The notes beneath the pieces are model-generated. The model saw only the letters and a program-made list of their open reading frames with translations, ran no database searches and was not told the origin of the DNA. The position numbers and the translations under genes are program-made. From an uncultured Acidobacteriota bacterium (GTDB lineage Bacteria; Acidobacteriota; Vicinamibacteria; Vicinamibacterales; 2-12-FULL-66-21), in contig CAVWLB010000008.1 in the NCBI GenBank assembly GCA_963755695.1, forward strand, positions 798,109-862,108: 64,000 nucleotides of DNA. Direction: 5' to 3'. Shown here in pieces: positions 1 through 9,631 of this stretch (position 1 is the first letter of the stretch; each line of letters starts with the position of its first letter).

Positions 1-245
1 GACCCCACGCCGCCGCGTCTTTCCGCTGTTGAACTATCAGGGCGGCGCCGTGGCACAGCAGGCATCGATCGGTCACCAGCGTCTTCGCTGAACCTTCAGG
101 CAGCGCCGCAATCTCGGCAGCTTCTGCCGAGCGGACGATCGCCTGCAATCCTGCATCTGGATCGACCTTGCCGTTGACATCAGCGGTTCGACAACCCGGC
201 GCAAGCAACGCTCCGAGAACCGTCGACGCGATCGCGGCCGCAGCG

Positions 246-1409
246 TCAGCTCGCATCGATCCGCACCCGGTGAATCGAGTTGTTACCATAGCCGCCAGGG
301 TTCGGAGTCGCTTGTTCGGGCTGCGTGTGTCCCGCGGTGTCGGTGGCACGAGCGTGCACGTGATGCTCGCCGGCTAGCTGGATCGGCGCGTCCGTCTGCC
401 ATAGCCGCCACGTACCTGGGCGCGGTTCGCTTGTGAAGCGTACCGGCTGCCAGGCTCGTCCACCGTCGCTGGAGATCTCAACCCGCTCGACGGTTCCTGT
501 CCCGGTCCACGCAACCCCGGTCACGCGCGTGGTCCCGACGGATACTCGCTCGCCGTCGCGCGGCGCAGTAATCAGCGACTTTACGCGCATCAGATCGACG
601 GCGGTTCCGTCCGCGTACCGGTACCCTCGCGCCATGAAGTGGTTGTCAGACTCGATCGCGCGCGCGTGCACGTGCGTCAGCCACTTCGTCGACGCCATAC
701 CGTACCATCGCGGGACGACGAGGCGTAGCGGCCCGCCGTGCAGGAGCGGCAGCGGCCGGCCGTTCATCTCATAGGCGACCAGCGCATCGCCGAGCGCGGT
801 TTCGCGCGGAATGCTCCGGAGGAACTTCGGTGTCGCGGGCGCTGGGCCGCGATCGGCAGCTTCCATCCAGAAGTGCAGTGCCGACTCCTGCACGCCGGCG
901 CGTTCGAGCAGAGCGGCAAGCGGTACGCCGGTCCACGTCGCATTGCTCACGGCCCCGAATCCCCACTGCACGCCTGAAGTCGCCGGCAGCTCGAGACGGC
1001 CGCGACCGTTGCCGGCGCACTCGATCGTCGCGCTTCGATGCTCGGCGCGCATGCGCCGGATGTCGTCGAGCCGCAACGTGACCGGTCGTGCCACTTCGCC
1101 GTCGATCGTCAGAGTCCAAGGCGTTGACACTTCGGTCGGCAATGCAAGATGGCTGCGGACGAAGAAGAGATCGCTGCTCGTCTCGAGCGTCTTCAGCGCC
1201 CCGATTGGCGACTCCGCGTCGAGCGGCCGGGCGTTGCGGACGATCAGTCTAAGCTCCTCTGTAACGCGTTGAGCGTCGGACTGAGCCGCGGCGAATAGAA
1301 GCTCAGCGCGTGCCGCTGGCCGCAGCAGCGTGCCGGCGGCGGCCATGGCAAGCGTAAGCGCTTCGCGACGGCTGATGGATCGATCGTGCATGGGTTTGAA
1401 GTTTGCCAT
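246..1409 (-). CDS. Sulfite-oxidase-family molybdopterin oxidoreductase with N-terminal Tat signal
   Basis: 387-aa ORF. N-terminal SRREALTLAMAAAG twin-arginine motif. Conserved Moco-cysteine context IECAGNGR, plus the MNGRPLP...HGGPLRLVVP SO-family core. Confidence 0.8.
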   Translation of the reverse strand: MANFKPMHDRSISRREALTLAMAAAGTLLRPAARAELLFAAAQSDAQRVTEELRLIVRNARPLDAESPIGALKTLETSSDLFFVRSHLALPTEVSTPWTLTIDGEVARPVTLRLDDIRRMRAEHRSATIECAGNGRGRLELPATSGVQWGFGAVSNATWTGVPLAALLERAGVQESALHFWMEAADRGPAPATPKFLRSIPRETALGDALVAYEMNGRPLPLLHGGPLRLVVPRWYGMASTKWLTHVHARAIESDNHFMARGYRYADGTAVDLMRVKSLITAPRDGERVSVGTTRVTGVAWTGTGTVERVEISSDGGRAWQPVRFTSEPRPGTWRLWQTDAPIQLAGEHHVHARATDTAGHTQPEQATPNPGGYGNNSIHRVRIDAS

Positions 1410-1586
1410 GCATTCTCATTCGTCGATCAAAGAGTTTCACCGGACAAAGGAGTGCGGCAAGGATGCCGGACGGACGGAGCGCCGGCTGACGCTCATGCTT
1501 CGGGGCCCCCGGTAACAATTTCGACAGCGATACGGCTTGCGCCCGCACTACCGGATCGCGCACGATGAGGGCGATTTGGAGGTTCT

Positions 1587-1778
1587 ATGGCGAAGGCCCG
1601 GCGCACCACTCATCGCAGCAGCAAGGGCAAGAAGCTCTACGCCGTCCGTACCGTGAGCGGACGCTTCAAGGACATCCAGACGTACGAGCGCGCCCACCGC
1701 GCGGATCTGGCGAAGACGTCGAAGGCCGAGAAGCCAGCCCGCAAGAAGGCGGGACGCAAGACCGCGAAGAAGCGCTGA
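1587..1778 (+). CDS. Small, highly basic (Lys/Arg-rich) protein, function unknown
   Basis: 63-aa ORF with GGAGG 5 nt upstream of the ATG. Followed by a strong terminator. Confidence 0.45.
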   Translation: MAKARRTTHRSSKGKKLYAVRTVSGRFKDIQTYERAHRADLAKTSKAEKPARKKAGRKTAKKR

Positions 1779-1821
1779 ATCCAGTTGCGCCCAAACTTCC
1801 GGTGCCGTCTGCGAAATCGGC

Positions 1822-1846
1822 GAGGCTGAAGGCGGCGGTTTGCTAA
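1822..1846 (+). repeat. 25-nt exact copy of tRNA-Ser(GCT) positions ~15-38 (D-loop to anticodon loop)
   Basis: GAGGCTGAAGGCGGCGGTTTGCTAA is identical to 15426-15450 inside the intact tRNA-Ser. Confidence 0.7.
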
Positions 1847-1865
1847 GGCTGCTGGGATTCAGAAC

Positions 1866-1900
1866 GGCCTGAAATCATCGATTTCAGGCCCGTTTTTATT
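1866..1900 (+). terminator. Rho-independent terminator
   Basis: 11-bp perfect stem GGCCTGAAATC/GATTTCAGGCC with a 3-nt loop, followed by TTTTTATT. Confidence 0.8.
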
Positions 1901-2121
1901 GGCTTCGTGGCGTCGGCTCGCGGATGACCGCTTAGGACCTCGTTCGGGCACATTTCTGGGCACACTCCAACCCGCCAATATGTGCCTCAACCGACGCCAA
2001 AGTGTGCCTCTCGATGTCCACGCCGATCACTCGCGTCTGTTTTGGTGCGTCCGGCTTCACGGCAGAATCGTACGCCTCGCTCTTGAACCGGTTTCGTGAA
2101 GTGGCGAGGCAACGCACATCC

Positions 2122-2646
2122 TTAGTCGTCTCCGAGCCTCGGAATTCCCGCCGCGAACCAGACGCCGCCAGTGTTCCGAATCAGAAGCACCGGGCTCGGG
2201 CAGGTTGGCGGCACAGGATCCAGAGTATCGTCGATTCGAAAATCGCCGTTCGGTTCGAGCGGAACGCTGAACGTCGTGTTGTGCTCGACGAACGGAGCGG
2301 CGGCTTCACAGATCAAGGTCGCGAAGACGCTTTGATTGGCGTTCTGTCCGATGCTGTTGCTGCTGGCCAGGAGCAAACCGCTCCCCTTGACCCTGATACG
2401 CCCGTCCGTGTCGATGTCGGCTCTCAACTGGGCGATCCTCCAAGGCCCCGCGCCAGGGAGGACTCCTCTCACGACGTTCAGCTTCACGTTCGGGAACGTG
2501 CCATCCGGGTTCACTGGCCCGGCACCGTTCGAGACCGGGATGACACCAATGCCGCCGTCGAATCTCGCCAGAAAGTCACGCTCATGCGCACTGACCGGAC
2601 CAATAATCCCGAGAGCCATTAGAAATGCTGCTGCTTGTTTCATCAT
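2122..2646 (-). CDS. Secreted hypothetical protein
   Basis: 174 aa with a signal peptide (MMKQAAAFLMALGIIGPVSAHE). The overlapping plus-strand ORF is Arg-rich out-of-frame noise. Confidence 0.5.
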   Translation of the reverse strand: MMKQAAAFLMALGIIGPVSAHERDFLARFDGGIGVIPVSNGAGPVNPDGTFPNVKLNVVRGVLPGAGPWRIAQLRADIDTDGRIRVKGSGLLLASSNSIGQNANQSVFATLICEAAAPFVEHNTTFSVPLEPNGDFRIDDTLDPVPPTCPSPVLLIRNTGGVWFAAGIPRLGDD

Positions 2647-3187
2647 CTTCGTTACCGATCCCTTTCAAAATGCCACTTGACCGTATTCACCCGCTGAATG
2701 AATGTCGTTCCGAATAGCGTGCTCCCACGGTTGGCCCCACCACTCTTCCAACCCGAGCGCGGTGATGCCCGCGATGAGGGGGATCTTCCTGGTGATCTGT
2801 CGCTCGTTTGTGTTTGCAGTTCTTCATATATCAGTGCCTTCTTGCATGGGATCCTGAAGGCCTGCAGCGCGGCAACCGCCGACCCTTCCACTGCTTACTT
2901 CCAGTACCTCGTCTCGTCCCACGCGGTATAGACCAGTACTGCATCTGCCTCCTGTTCTCGAAGGTGTGTCCTCGCTGAAATGCAGGACGGCTCGAGCCCG
3001 CCGGCTGGCGACCAGCGCGGCCTGACCCTCACCAAAGCTCCGCTAATGACCCCATCGGCTCCTCTTGATAAACGCGGTTGCCGCTGCTGACGTGTCATGG
3101 CGGCCAGTGTGCCGCGGGGGCGAACTGGCGACCACCCACAGCAGTCACACAGAACTCGTACGACATCCGTAGGTCCGCAGCGGTAAG

Positions 3188-5527
3188 ATGGAAACAACCA
3201 TGAAAGCTGGCGCTCTGCGGTCATTTGGCGCGCAGCTCAAGGCACTCCGCGAGGCCGCAGGCTTCACGCAGGAGGAGCTCGCGACGATCGCGGGCCTGTC
3301 GGTTCATGCTGTGAGCGCGCTCGAGCGCGGGGAACGACGGCGTCCGCACGTTGAGACCGTGCGCGCGCTCTCCGCGGCACTCGATCTGACTGGTCCGACC
3401 CGTGACGCGCTCCTTGTGAGCGCGCGTGCGCCTGCGAAGAGCGCGCGGGTCGATGAAGTGAGCAGCGCCCCGCTGCCCCTGGCCCCCACGGTCCTACTCG
3501 GTCGCGATGCCGACCTGCAGACGTTGCGTCTCTGGCTCGCTGATCCTGACGCACGCCTCATCACACTCACGGGACCAGGAGGAGTCGGGAAGACTCGTCT
3601 GGCGCTGGAGATCGCACGTGCCGTCGCGGCAGAAGGCAGATCCCGTGTGCTGTTTGTCGGGTTGGCCGCGGTTCGGAACCCTGCGTTCGTGGCGCAGTCG
3701 ATTGCCGAGTCTCTCGGAGTCCTGGACCCCACGGCGCTGGACTTGCCGAGGCGCGCACGGCTCGCGTGCGAGGGTACGCCCACGCTCCTGGTACTCGACA
3801 ACTTCGAACAGGTACTGGCCGCGGCGCCGCTTGTTGCCGATCTCCTCACCGCGGCCGCCGCGCTCCGAGCGCTGATCACCAGCCGCGCCCCTCTACGTGT
3901 GCGAGGAGAGCGTGAGTACGCCGTCGAGCCGCTTGCGTTGGAGGTGGGCGTTGATGCGATGCCGCCTGATGATCTGGCCCGCTCTCCCGCGGTGCGACTA
4001 TTCGTGGAGCGAGTGCGGGACGTGCAACCTGACTTTCGCCTCACGTCCGCGAACGGTCCGGCCGTGACGGCGATTTGTCGCCGGCTCGATGCCCTTCCGC
4101 TCGCCCTCGAGCTTGCGGCCCCATGGATCAAGGTGCTGACGGTCGAGGAACTGCTTCGCCGACTCGCGCGCGATGTCCTGCTCCCGACCGTCGGCCCGCA
4201 CGATCTCCCCGAACGGCAACGGACGATGAATGCGACGGTCGCCTGGAGCTATCAACTGCTTGGCGCGAACGAACAACGCATGTTCCGTCGTCTCGGCGCC
4301 CTGCCAGGGCGGTTTTCGATCGAGGCCGCCGCAGCGGTTCTTGCCGGTCGTGAGGAAGCCGGCGCCTCGACCGACGAGGCGCTCCGCGCAGCGGCCAGCT
4401 TGATCGACAAGAGCCTGCTTCTGCGAGCGGAGAGTTCATTGGCGACTCGTGCGCTGTACCAGATGCTCGAAACCGTGCGCGCGTACGCCGTTCTCGAGCT
4501 CGCCGCAGCCGGCGAGCGCGACGACGCTCTGGCGGGCCTGACGCGCTATTGCACTCGCGAGGCCTCCCTCGCCGCCGAGGGGCTGGTCGGTCCGGCGCAG
4601 GCCGAATGGTTGGATCGCGTGCGTGACGACCTCGAGGGCTACCGCGGCGCGTTGACGTGGCTCATCGAGGTTGGCCGTCCCGCCGAATCGGCCGACATCG
4701 CGTGGGAGCTGATGCACTTCTGGGTGATCCGGGGGCACGCGGCCGAAGGCCTTCAGTGGTATGAACAGATTCTGAACGTGCCGTCCGTTCCGCCCGTTCC
4801 TGAATGTGAAGCGCTGGTCGGAGCAGCGATGATGTGGTACACGCAAGGAGACCTCGCGCCCGCCCACACCGCGCTCACGCGTGCGCGGGCGCTGGCTCGC
4901 GATGCGGGCAATACGCAGATGGTCGCAGAGGCCGAGCATCTTCTGGGGCACGTCGAACATGCCGTGGGCGACGCAAACGCTGCTCGCGATCTATTTACCA
5001 GCAGTCTGGAAGGATTCCGGGCGCTGGCGATCCCGTGGGGGATTGGGAATTCGCTCAACGGCATGGCGAAGGTGGCCTTGGCGATCGGCGATTCCGCCGA
5101 GGCGGAACGCCTGCTCGATGAGGCCACCTCGGTGCTTCGGCAGTGTCCGTGGCACCTGGCGCTGGTATCGTATCGTCGCGCGATGCTGGCGGTGCGGCGC
5201 GGGAACCCCGATGAGGCGATCGCGTTAGCGAGTGAAAGCCTGGCATTCTTCCGGCAACTCCATGACAGGTTCGCGGTCGTGTACGCGATGGTCCCTCTCG
5301 CCGCCGCGGCAGCACTCAAGGGCGACGACCTGTGGGCGGCGCGGATCCTGGGCGCGCGCGCCGCCGTAACCGAACGCACTGGTGCCACGGTCGTTGACAA
5401 ATGGGTGCAGGCCCTCGGACAACAGGCGGAACGGGAGGTCCGCGGACGGCTCGGCCCGGATCGGTGGGCCAGGGCATATGCGTCAGGGCGCAGCAGCTCG
5501 ATCGAGTCGTTGATTGACGGACACTGA
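3188..5527 (+). CDS. STAND-class regulator: N-terminal XRE-type HTH, NB-ARC/AAA P-loop ATPase, C-terminal TPR repeats
   Basis: 779 aa. The HTH is LREAAGFTQEELA...LERGERRRP. Walker A is LTGPGGVGKTRLA. The C-terminal ~300 aa is helical-repeat rich. Confidence 0.85.
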   Translation: METTMKAGALRSFGAQLKALREAAGFTQEELATIAGLSVHAVSALERGERRRPHVETVRALSAALDLTGPTRDALLVSARAPAKSARVDEVSSAPLPLAPTVLLGRDADLQTLRLWLADPDARLITLTGPGGVGKTRLALEIARAVAAEGRSRVLFVGLAAVRNPAFVAQSIAESLGVLDPTALDLPRRARLACEGTPTLLVLDNFEQVLAAAPLVADLLTAAAALRALITSRAPLRVRGEREYAVEPLALEVGVDAMPPDDLARSPAVRLFVERVRDVQPDFRLTSANGPAVTAICRRLDALPLALELAAPWIKVLTVEELLRRLARDVLLPTVGPHDLPERQRTMNATVAWSYQLLGANEQRMFRRLGALPGRFSIEAAAAVLAGREEAGASTDEALRAAASLIDKSLLLRAESSLATRALYQMLETVRAYAVLELAAAGERDDALAGLTRYCTREASLAAEGLVGPAQAEWLDRVRDDLEGYRGALTWLIEVGRPAESADIAWELMHFWVIRGHAAEGLQWYEQILNVPSVPPVPECEALVGAAMMWYTQGDLAPAHTALTRARALARDAGNTQMVAEAEHLLGHVEHAVGDANAARDLFTSSLEGFRALAIPWGIGNSLNGMAKVALAIGDSAEAERLLDEATSVLRQCPWHLALVSYRRAMLAVRRGNPDEAIALASESLAFFRQLHDRFAVVYAMVPLAAAAALKGDDLWAARILGARAAVTERTGATVVDKWVQALGQQAEREVRGRLGPDRWARAYASGRSSSIESLIDGH

Positions 5528-5806
5528 CAGCGAGCGCCACCTTCGACCAGATCCTAGGCCGAACCACAAGAGAAAATGAGGACCAGCACCACGCGGCAAG
5601 TGCACCCAAATTGCTCCTGTCCCCATACACTGCACAACGCGAAGATCGATTTCACTGAGGCGGCTGAAGAACAACGGATCGAAGTTTGGAGGCGGCGCCC
5701 TATTCCCACGCTCCCAGTGACGCGCCACGCCACGTGACCCGACTGAAATGCGCTCGCCAATGAATTTTGCGGAGCACAGGACGTCTTCGGTACCGGCTCC
5801 CGAGGT

Positions 5807-8353
5807 CTATTTCACTCCGACCTTCTGCTGTCCGTGAATCCGATCCACCAGTGCCTGAAACCGCGGATCGTTTCGCAGCTCCTTCAAGTCGTCGTCAGAA
5901 GTGAGTTGGCCCGCCGCGTCGAATCCGCGCGCGACGGCTTCCTCCAAATGCTGGAACGCCGCGTCGGACCGCCCGAGGATGGCCATTCCCCCGGCGTACT
6001 GATAGTGAGCCTCGATCATGGCCGTGCCTTCCGCCTGCGCGGCATTCTGCAGCAGTTTCTCGAACAGCGCTATCGCTTCGTCGGCACGGCGCGCGTGCGC
6101 CAGGGTCGTGGCAAGGTTGCCCATCATCCGGCGCGTGCCTGGAGCAGTCGGGCCCAAAGTACGCATTGCGATCTCCAGCGCCTGTCGTAGCAGCTTTTCA
6201 GATTCGTCGAGCTTTCCTTCCTGGCCCCAGGTGATGGCCAGGTTCATCATCGAGGCCACCGTATTAGGATGTTCTGGACCGTCGACTCGTCGAGCCCGGT
6301 CCAATTCTTCCTGCTGTAGGCTCTCGGCCTCTTTCAGGCGTCCCTGTAACTGAAGGGCCAGACCAACATTGGCAAGGGCGGCACGGGTGTTGCGATGGTC
6401 CGGACCCAGAACGCGCGTCGAGACCGCCAGCACTTCGTGAAAGAGAGTTTCAGCATCCGCATAACGTCCTTGTTCCTGCAGCGTGAGCGCAAGGAGGTTC
6501 TTGGACCACAGCGTTCCGGGATGATCGGGCCCCAGTGCCCGTTCCTCGAGCGCCAGAGTATCGCGACCCAGCTTTTCTGCTTCCGGAACGCGGCCCTGAT
6601 TTTTCAGGTTTGACGTCAGACTGCGCATCGACCGCAGTGTTGCCCCGTGTTCCGGACCCAGCGTGCGCTGCTGATCGGCCAGGGTACGACGGATGAAGCC
6701 CTCCGCCTCGGCGTATTTTCCCTCCTCCGTAAGCGTGTCGGTGAGATAGCTCACCGTCTTCATCGTGTCGGGGTGATCGCGACCGAGCACGCGCTGCTGC
6801 CCGTCCAGCGCCTTGCGAAGCAATCGTTCGGACTGCTCGTGGCGGCCTTCGGATTCGAGCAGGACACCCAGAAGAGCCGTGGACAGCAATGTTTCCGGCG
6901 CCTCTGGTCCCAGCACGCGCGTTTCGGTGGCCACGGCCTGTTCCAGCAAGGTGCGCGCCCGCGCATACAGTCCAAGCTGGAAATAGGTATTCCCCATGAT
7001 TTGAATCAGGCGGGCCTTGACCTGCGGGTCCTGTCCCAGACCGTGCTCGATCTCTGTCGAGGCCTTGTCGAGAATTTCACGCGCCGTGATCGCGTTGCCG
7101 CGCGACTCGCTCGGGTCTGAGACCTCGAACATGCGGGTCATGAAGTCGGCCACTCGCTTCGACGTTTCGGCTTCCCGCCGGGCGCGGTTGCGCTCGATGG
7201 TCATGCTGATCGCGAATCCGACGATGACGGCAGCGAACGCGGCGGTGAAGGCGACCGCAAGACGATTCCTGCGGACGAATTTCCTGGCGGAATAGGCAAG
7301 AGTGGGCGGCCGAGCCGTCACCAGGTCGTCCCGGAGATACCGGGCGAGGTCCGCGGCAAGATCGGAGGGCGAACTGTAGCGGCGCTCGCGTTCGCGCTCC
7401 AGGGCCTTCAAGGTAATCCAGTCGAGGTCGCCACGAAGCTGGCTTGTCAGCTTGTGGAGATCCGTTCCGCGGTGTTCCGCCGCATCGCTCGAGCCGGTGC
7501 TGACACGTGTACTAGGACGCGGCGGGTCTTCTTCACGCAATTCGCGCAGCACCTCGTGGAGCGGCCTGGTCTTCCACTGGCTCACGTCGAAAGGCGGTGA
7601 CCCGGTGAGCAGCTCGTACAGCACGACGCCCAGCGAGTAGACATCCGTGCGAGTATCCACATCGAGGGCGCCGGCTGCCTGCTCGGGGCTCATGTAGCCG
7701 AGCGTGCCCACCATGCCGCCAGCCTGAGTGAAGCCAGCCAGTGTCTCCGTGTCAACCGCGGCCTGCGTCACCTTGGCAATGCCGAAGTCGATGATCCGCG
7801 GGACAGGATGACCGTCGACCTCGGTGACCAGGATGTTCGACGGCTTGAGGTCGCGATGCATGATCGCTTTCTGGTGGGCGTGCTGCACGCCCTCGCACAC
7901 CTCGATCATCAACGCGACACGCTCGCGCGGTCCGAGTCGCTTCTCATCGCAATACGTGGTGATCGGCGGACCGGACACGAACTCCATCACGAAGTAGGGC
8001 TGCCCTTCGGCGGTGGACCCGGCGTCGAAAATCTTCGCGATGGCAGGGTGATTCATGATCGCCAGCGACTGGCGCTCCAGATCGAACCGTTGAAGCGCCT
8101 GGTCGCTGAGGCGTCCGGACTTGACGACCTTGATTGCGACCTGCCGTCTTACCGGCGACGTCTGCTCCGCCAGCCACACCGCGCCCATTCCGCCTTCGCC
8201 CAGTTTGGTGAGCAGACGGTACGGACCGATCGAACCGAGGTCGGAGTCCGCGGCGCGGGAAGGCGTGTCGGGAGAGAAGGCGGTGGCATCGGGATCGGAG
8301 GGAGTCTCGAGGCCGTGCGGATTCGAAGAAGCCCGGTTGACCGGATCGTTCAC
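5807..8353 (-). CDS. Ser/Thr protein kinase with a transmembrane segment and long C-terminal TPR array
   Basis: 848 aa. Kinase motifs GEGGMGAVWLAEQ, HRDLKPSNILV, DFGIAK. A TM helix precedes more than 10 TPR-like repeats. Confidence 0.9.
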   Translation of the reverse strand: MNDPVNRASSNPHGLETPSDPDATAFSPDTPSRAADSDLGSIGPYRLLTKLGEGGMGAVWLAEQTSPVRRQVAIKVVKSGRLSDQALQRFDLERQSLAIMNHPAIAKIFDAGSTAEGQPYFVMEFVSGPPITTYCDEKRLGPRERVALMIEVCEGVQHAHQKAIMHRDLKPSNILVTEVDGHPVPRIIDFGIAKVTQAAVDTETLAGFTQAGGMVGTLGYMSPEQAAGALDVDTRTDVYSLGVVLYELLTGSPPFDVSQWKTRPLHEVLRELREEDPPRPSTRVSTGSSDAAEHRGTDLHKLTSQLRGDLDWITLKALERERERRYSSPSDLAADLARYLRDDLVTARPPTLAYSARKFVRRNRLAVAFTAAFAAVIVGFAISMTIERNRARREAETSKRVADFMTRMFEVSDPSESRGNAITAREILDKASTEIEHGLGQDPQVKARLIQIMGNTYFQLGLYARARTLLEQAVATETRVLGPEAPETLLSTALLGVLLESEGRHEQSERLLRKALDGQQRVLGRDHPDTMKTVSYLTDTLTEEGKYAEAEGFIRRTLADQQRTLGPEHGATLRSMRSLTSNLKNQGRVPEAEKLGRDTLALEERALGPDHPGTLWSKNLLALTLQEQGRYADAETLFHEVLAVSTRVLGPDHRNTRAALANVGLALQLQGRLKEAESLQQEELDRARRVDGPEHPNTVASMMNLAITWGQEGKLDESEKLLRQALEIAMRTLGPTAPGTRRMMGNLATTLAHARRADEAIALFEKLLQNAAQAEGTAMIEAHYQYAGGMAILGRSDAAFQHLEEAVARGFDAAGQLTSDDDLKELRNDPRFQALVDRIHGQQKVGVK

Positions 8354-8564
8354 GTCAGGCCTCCAAGCACCATGAAATTGCGGACGCCAAGAATACCACC
8401 AGTCCGAAAGACACGACTTGAATGGCGCAGAGCCAGTCGGCTAGAAGTCAGCGTCTGGAGCGACAGACACCGAGAGCGAGACGACGTGACTGGCGAGAGC
8501 GTGTTGCTTGTGGAAGAGGCGGCGCGCTGACTGTCAGTTTCGGGCTCATGGCGTCGCCTCGCTA

Positions 8565-8710
8565 GGGCTACCGAAACTGAGGTTCCACGACCTCCGACAC
8601 ACAGTCGTGACACGGCTGCTCGAGGCGGGCGAACCGGACCACGTTGTCGAATCGATCACCGGCCACCGTTCGCGACGGATGTTGGCGTACTGTCGATGGA
8701 AAGAATGGGG
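8565..8710 (+). pseudogene. Tyrosine-recombinase (phage integrase) C-terminal remnant
   Basis: LRFHDLRHTVVTRLLEAGEPDHVVESITGHRS matches the integrase catalytic box II region. No N-terminal part exists in any frame. Local GC is depressed. Confidence 0.5.
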
Positions 8711-9048
8711 GCTCGGCTCCGGAGCGCCCGCCTGCTCCGTATCAACCCAAGCCACCCCGAGGTTCCATCCGAATCGGACAGCGCGCCTTGGCGATTGGTT
8801 ATCGAGCCGCACAGCCCATCGTTCGAAGGCTGGTGCGTGTCAACTCGGCCGCCGGAGCGCGGTGGTCGGCTCGGCGCTCCGCTTCGGATCGTGGAAAACG
8901 GTTCCTCCGCGGGTGGCCTACGATGCGGCGTGGGCTGGGGTTTGCCGGACGAATCTGTGATTAGCTTACGAATCTGACGGTACGAGAGCGTAAATACGCA
9001 CCAAGATCCCGCCGAATCGTCAGGCACGAGACTTGATGAAATTGCGCC

Positions 9049-9531
9049 GTGGCATACCGAGGCGACACGACGGATCCCCTCGAGAACATCATCAACAGGC
9101 AGCGATCCATCAGGAGGGTCTTCCTCGTGGTAGTCGCCATGTGGGTCGTCCCGCACATGCGTCAACTCAACTGGTCTGTGTTCAATGGCGTCTTTCCTGA
9201 CCGAGCAGCGGACGCAGCTCCCACGTTCAACACCGTTCCGATTGGCCCTGGAGTTCCGAGTACGGCCGCAGGTCCGCCTACAAAAATGAGCGCGAGCGCG
9301 CTCGAGCAGTTGCTTCGAAGCGCACCGGCGTCAAAGCGGCCGCCACAAGACGTGCGCTGCCTGCCAATCCAGGGCGGTTGGGATTACGTCTGCCTCTATC
9401 AAACTGACGTCCCCCAACCGCGCACGCAGTTGAAGATTGGCGTTCGCGTGAGCGCGTACGGGATCGTGCAGGCGTCGGAACCCCAGCCGCTGGACACTCC
9501 GCTCGTGTCTCCCCAACCCAAGGCCCGGTAA
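9049..9531 (+). CDS. Hypothetical protein with one predicted TM helix
   Basis: 160-aa ORF in a lower-GC patch next to the integrase remnant. Only weak coding signal. Confidence 0.25.
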   Translation: MAYRGDTTDPLENIINRQRSIRRVFLVVVAMWVVPHMRQLNWSVFNGVFPDRAADAAPTFNTVPIGPGVPSTAAGPPTKMSASALEQLLRSAPASKRPPQDVRCLPIQGGWDYVCLYQTDVPQPRTQLKIGVRVSAYGIVQASEPQPLDTPLVSPQPKAR

Positions 9532-9631
9532 CGAGCGTTGCAGCCGACGGCCGGTGCGCCTGTGCAGCGCTGTTGCTGAAACGCGGACGTTACGTGCTTG
9601 AACAGCAGAAAGCGATCCCAGTCTGTGAAGC

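Noticed and set aside
3304-4131. 275-aa minus-strand ORF
   Set aside because: Antisense to the STAND ATPase gene, Ser/Arg/Ala-rich.
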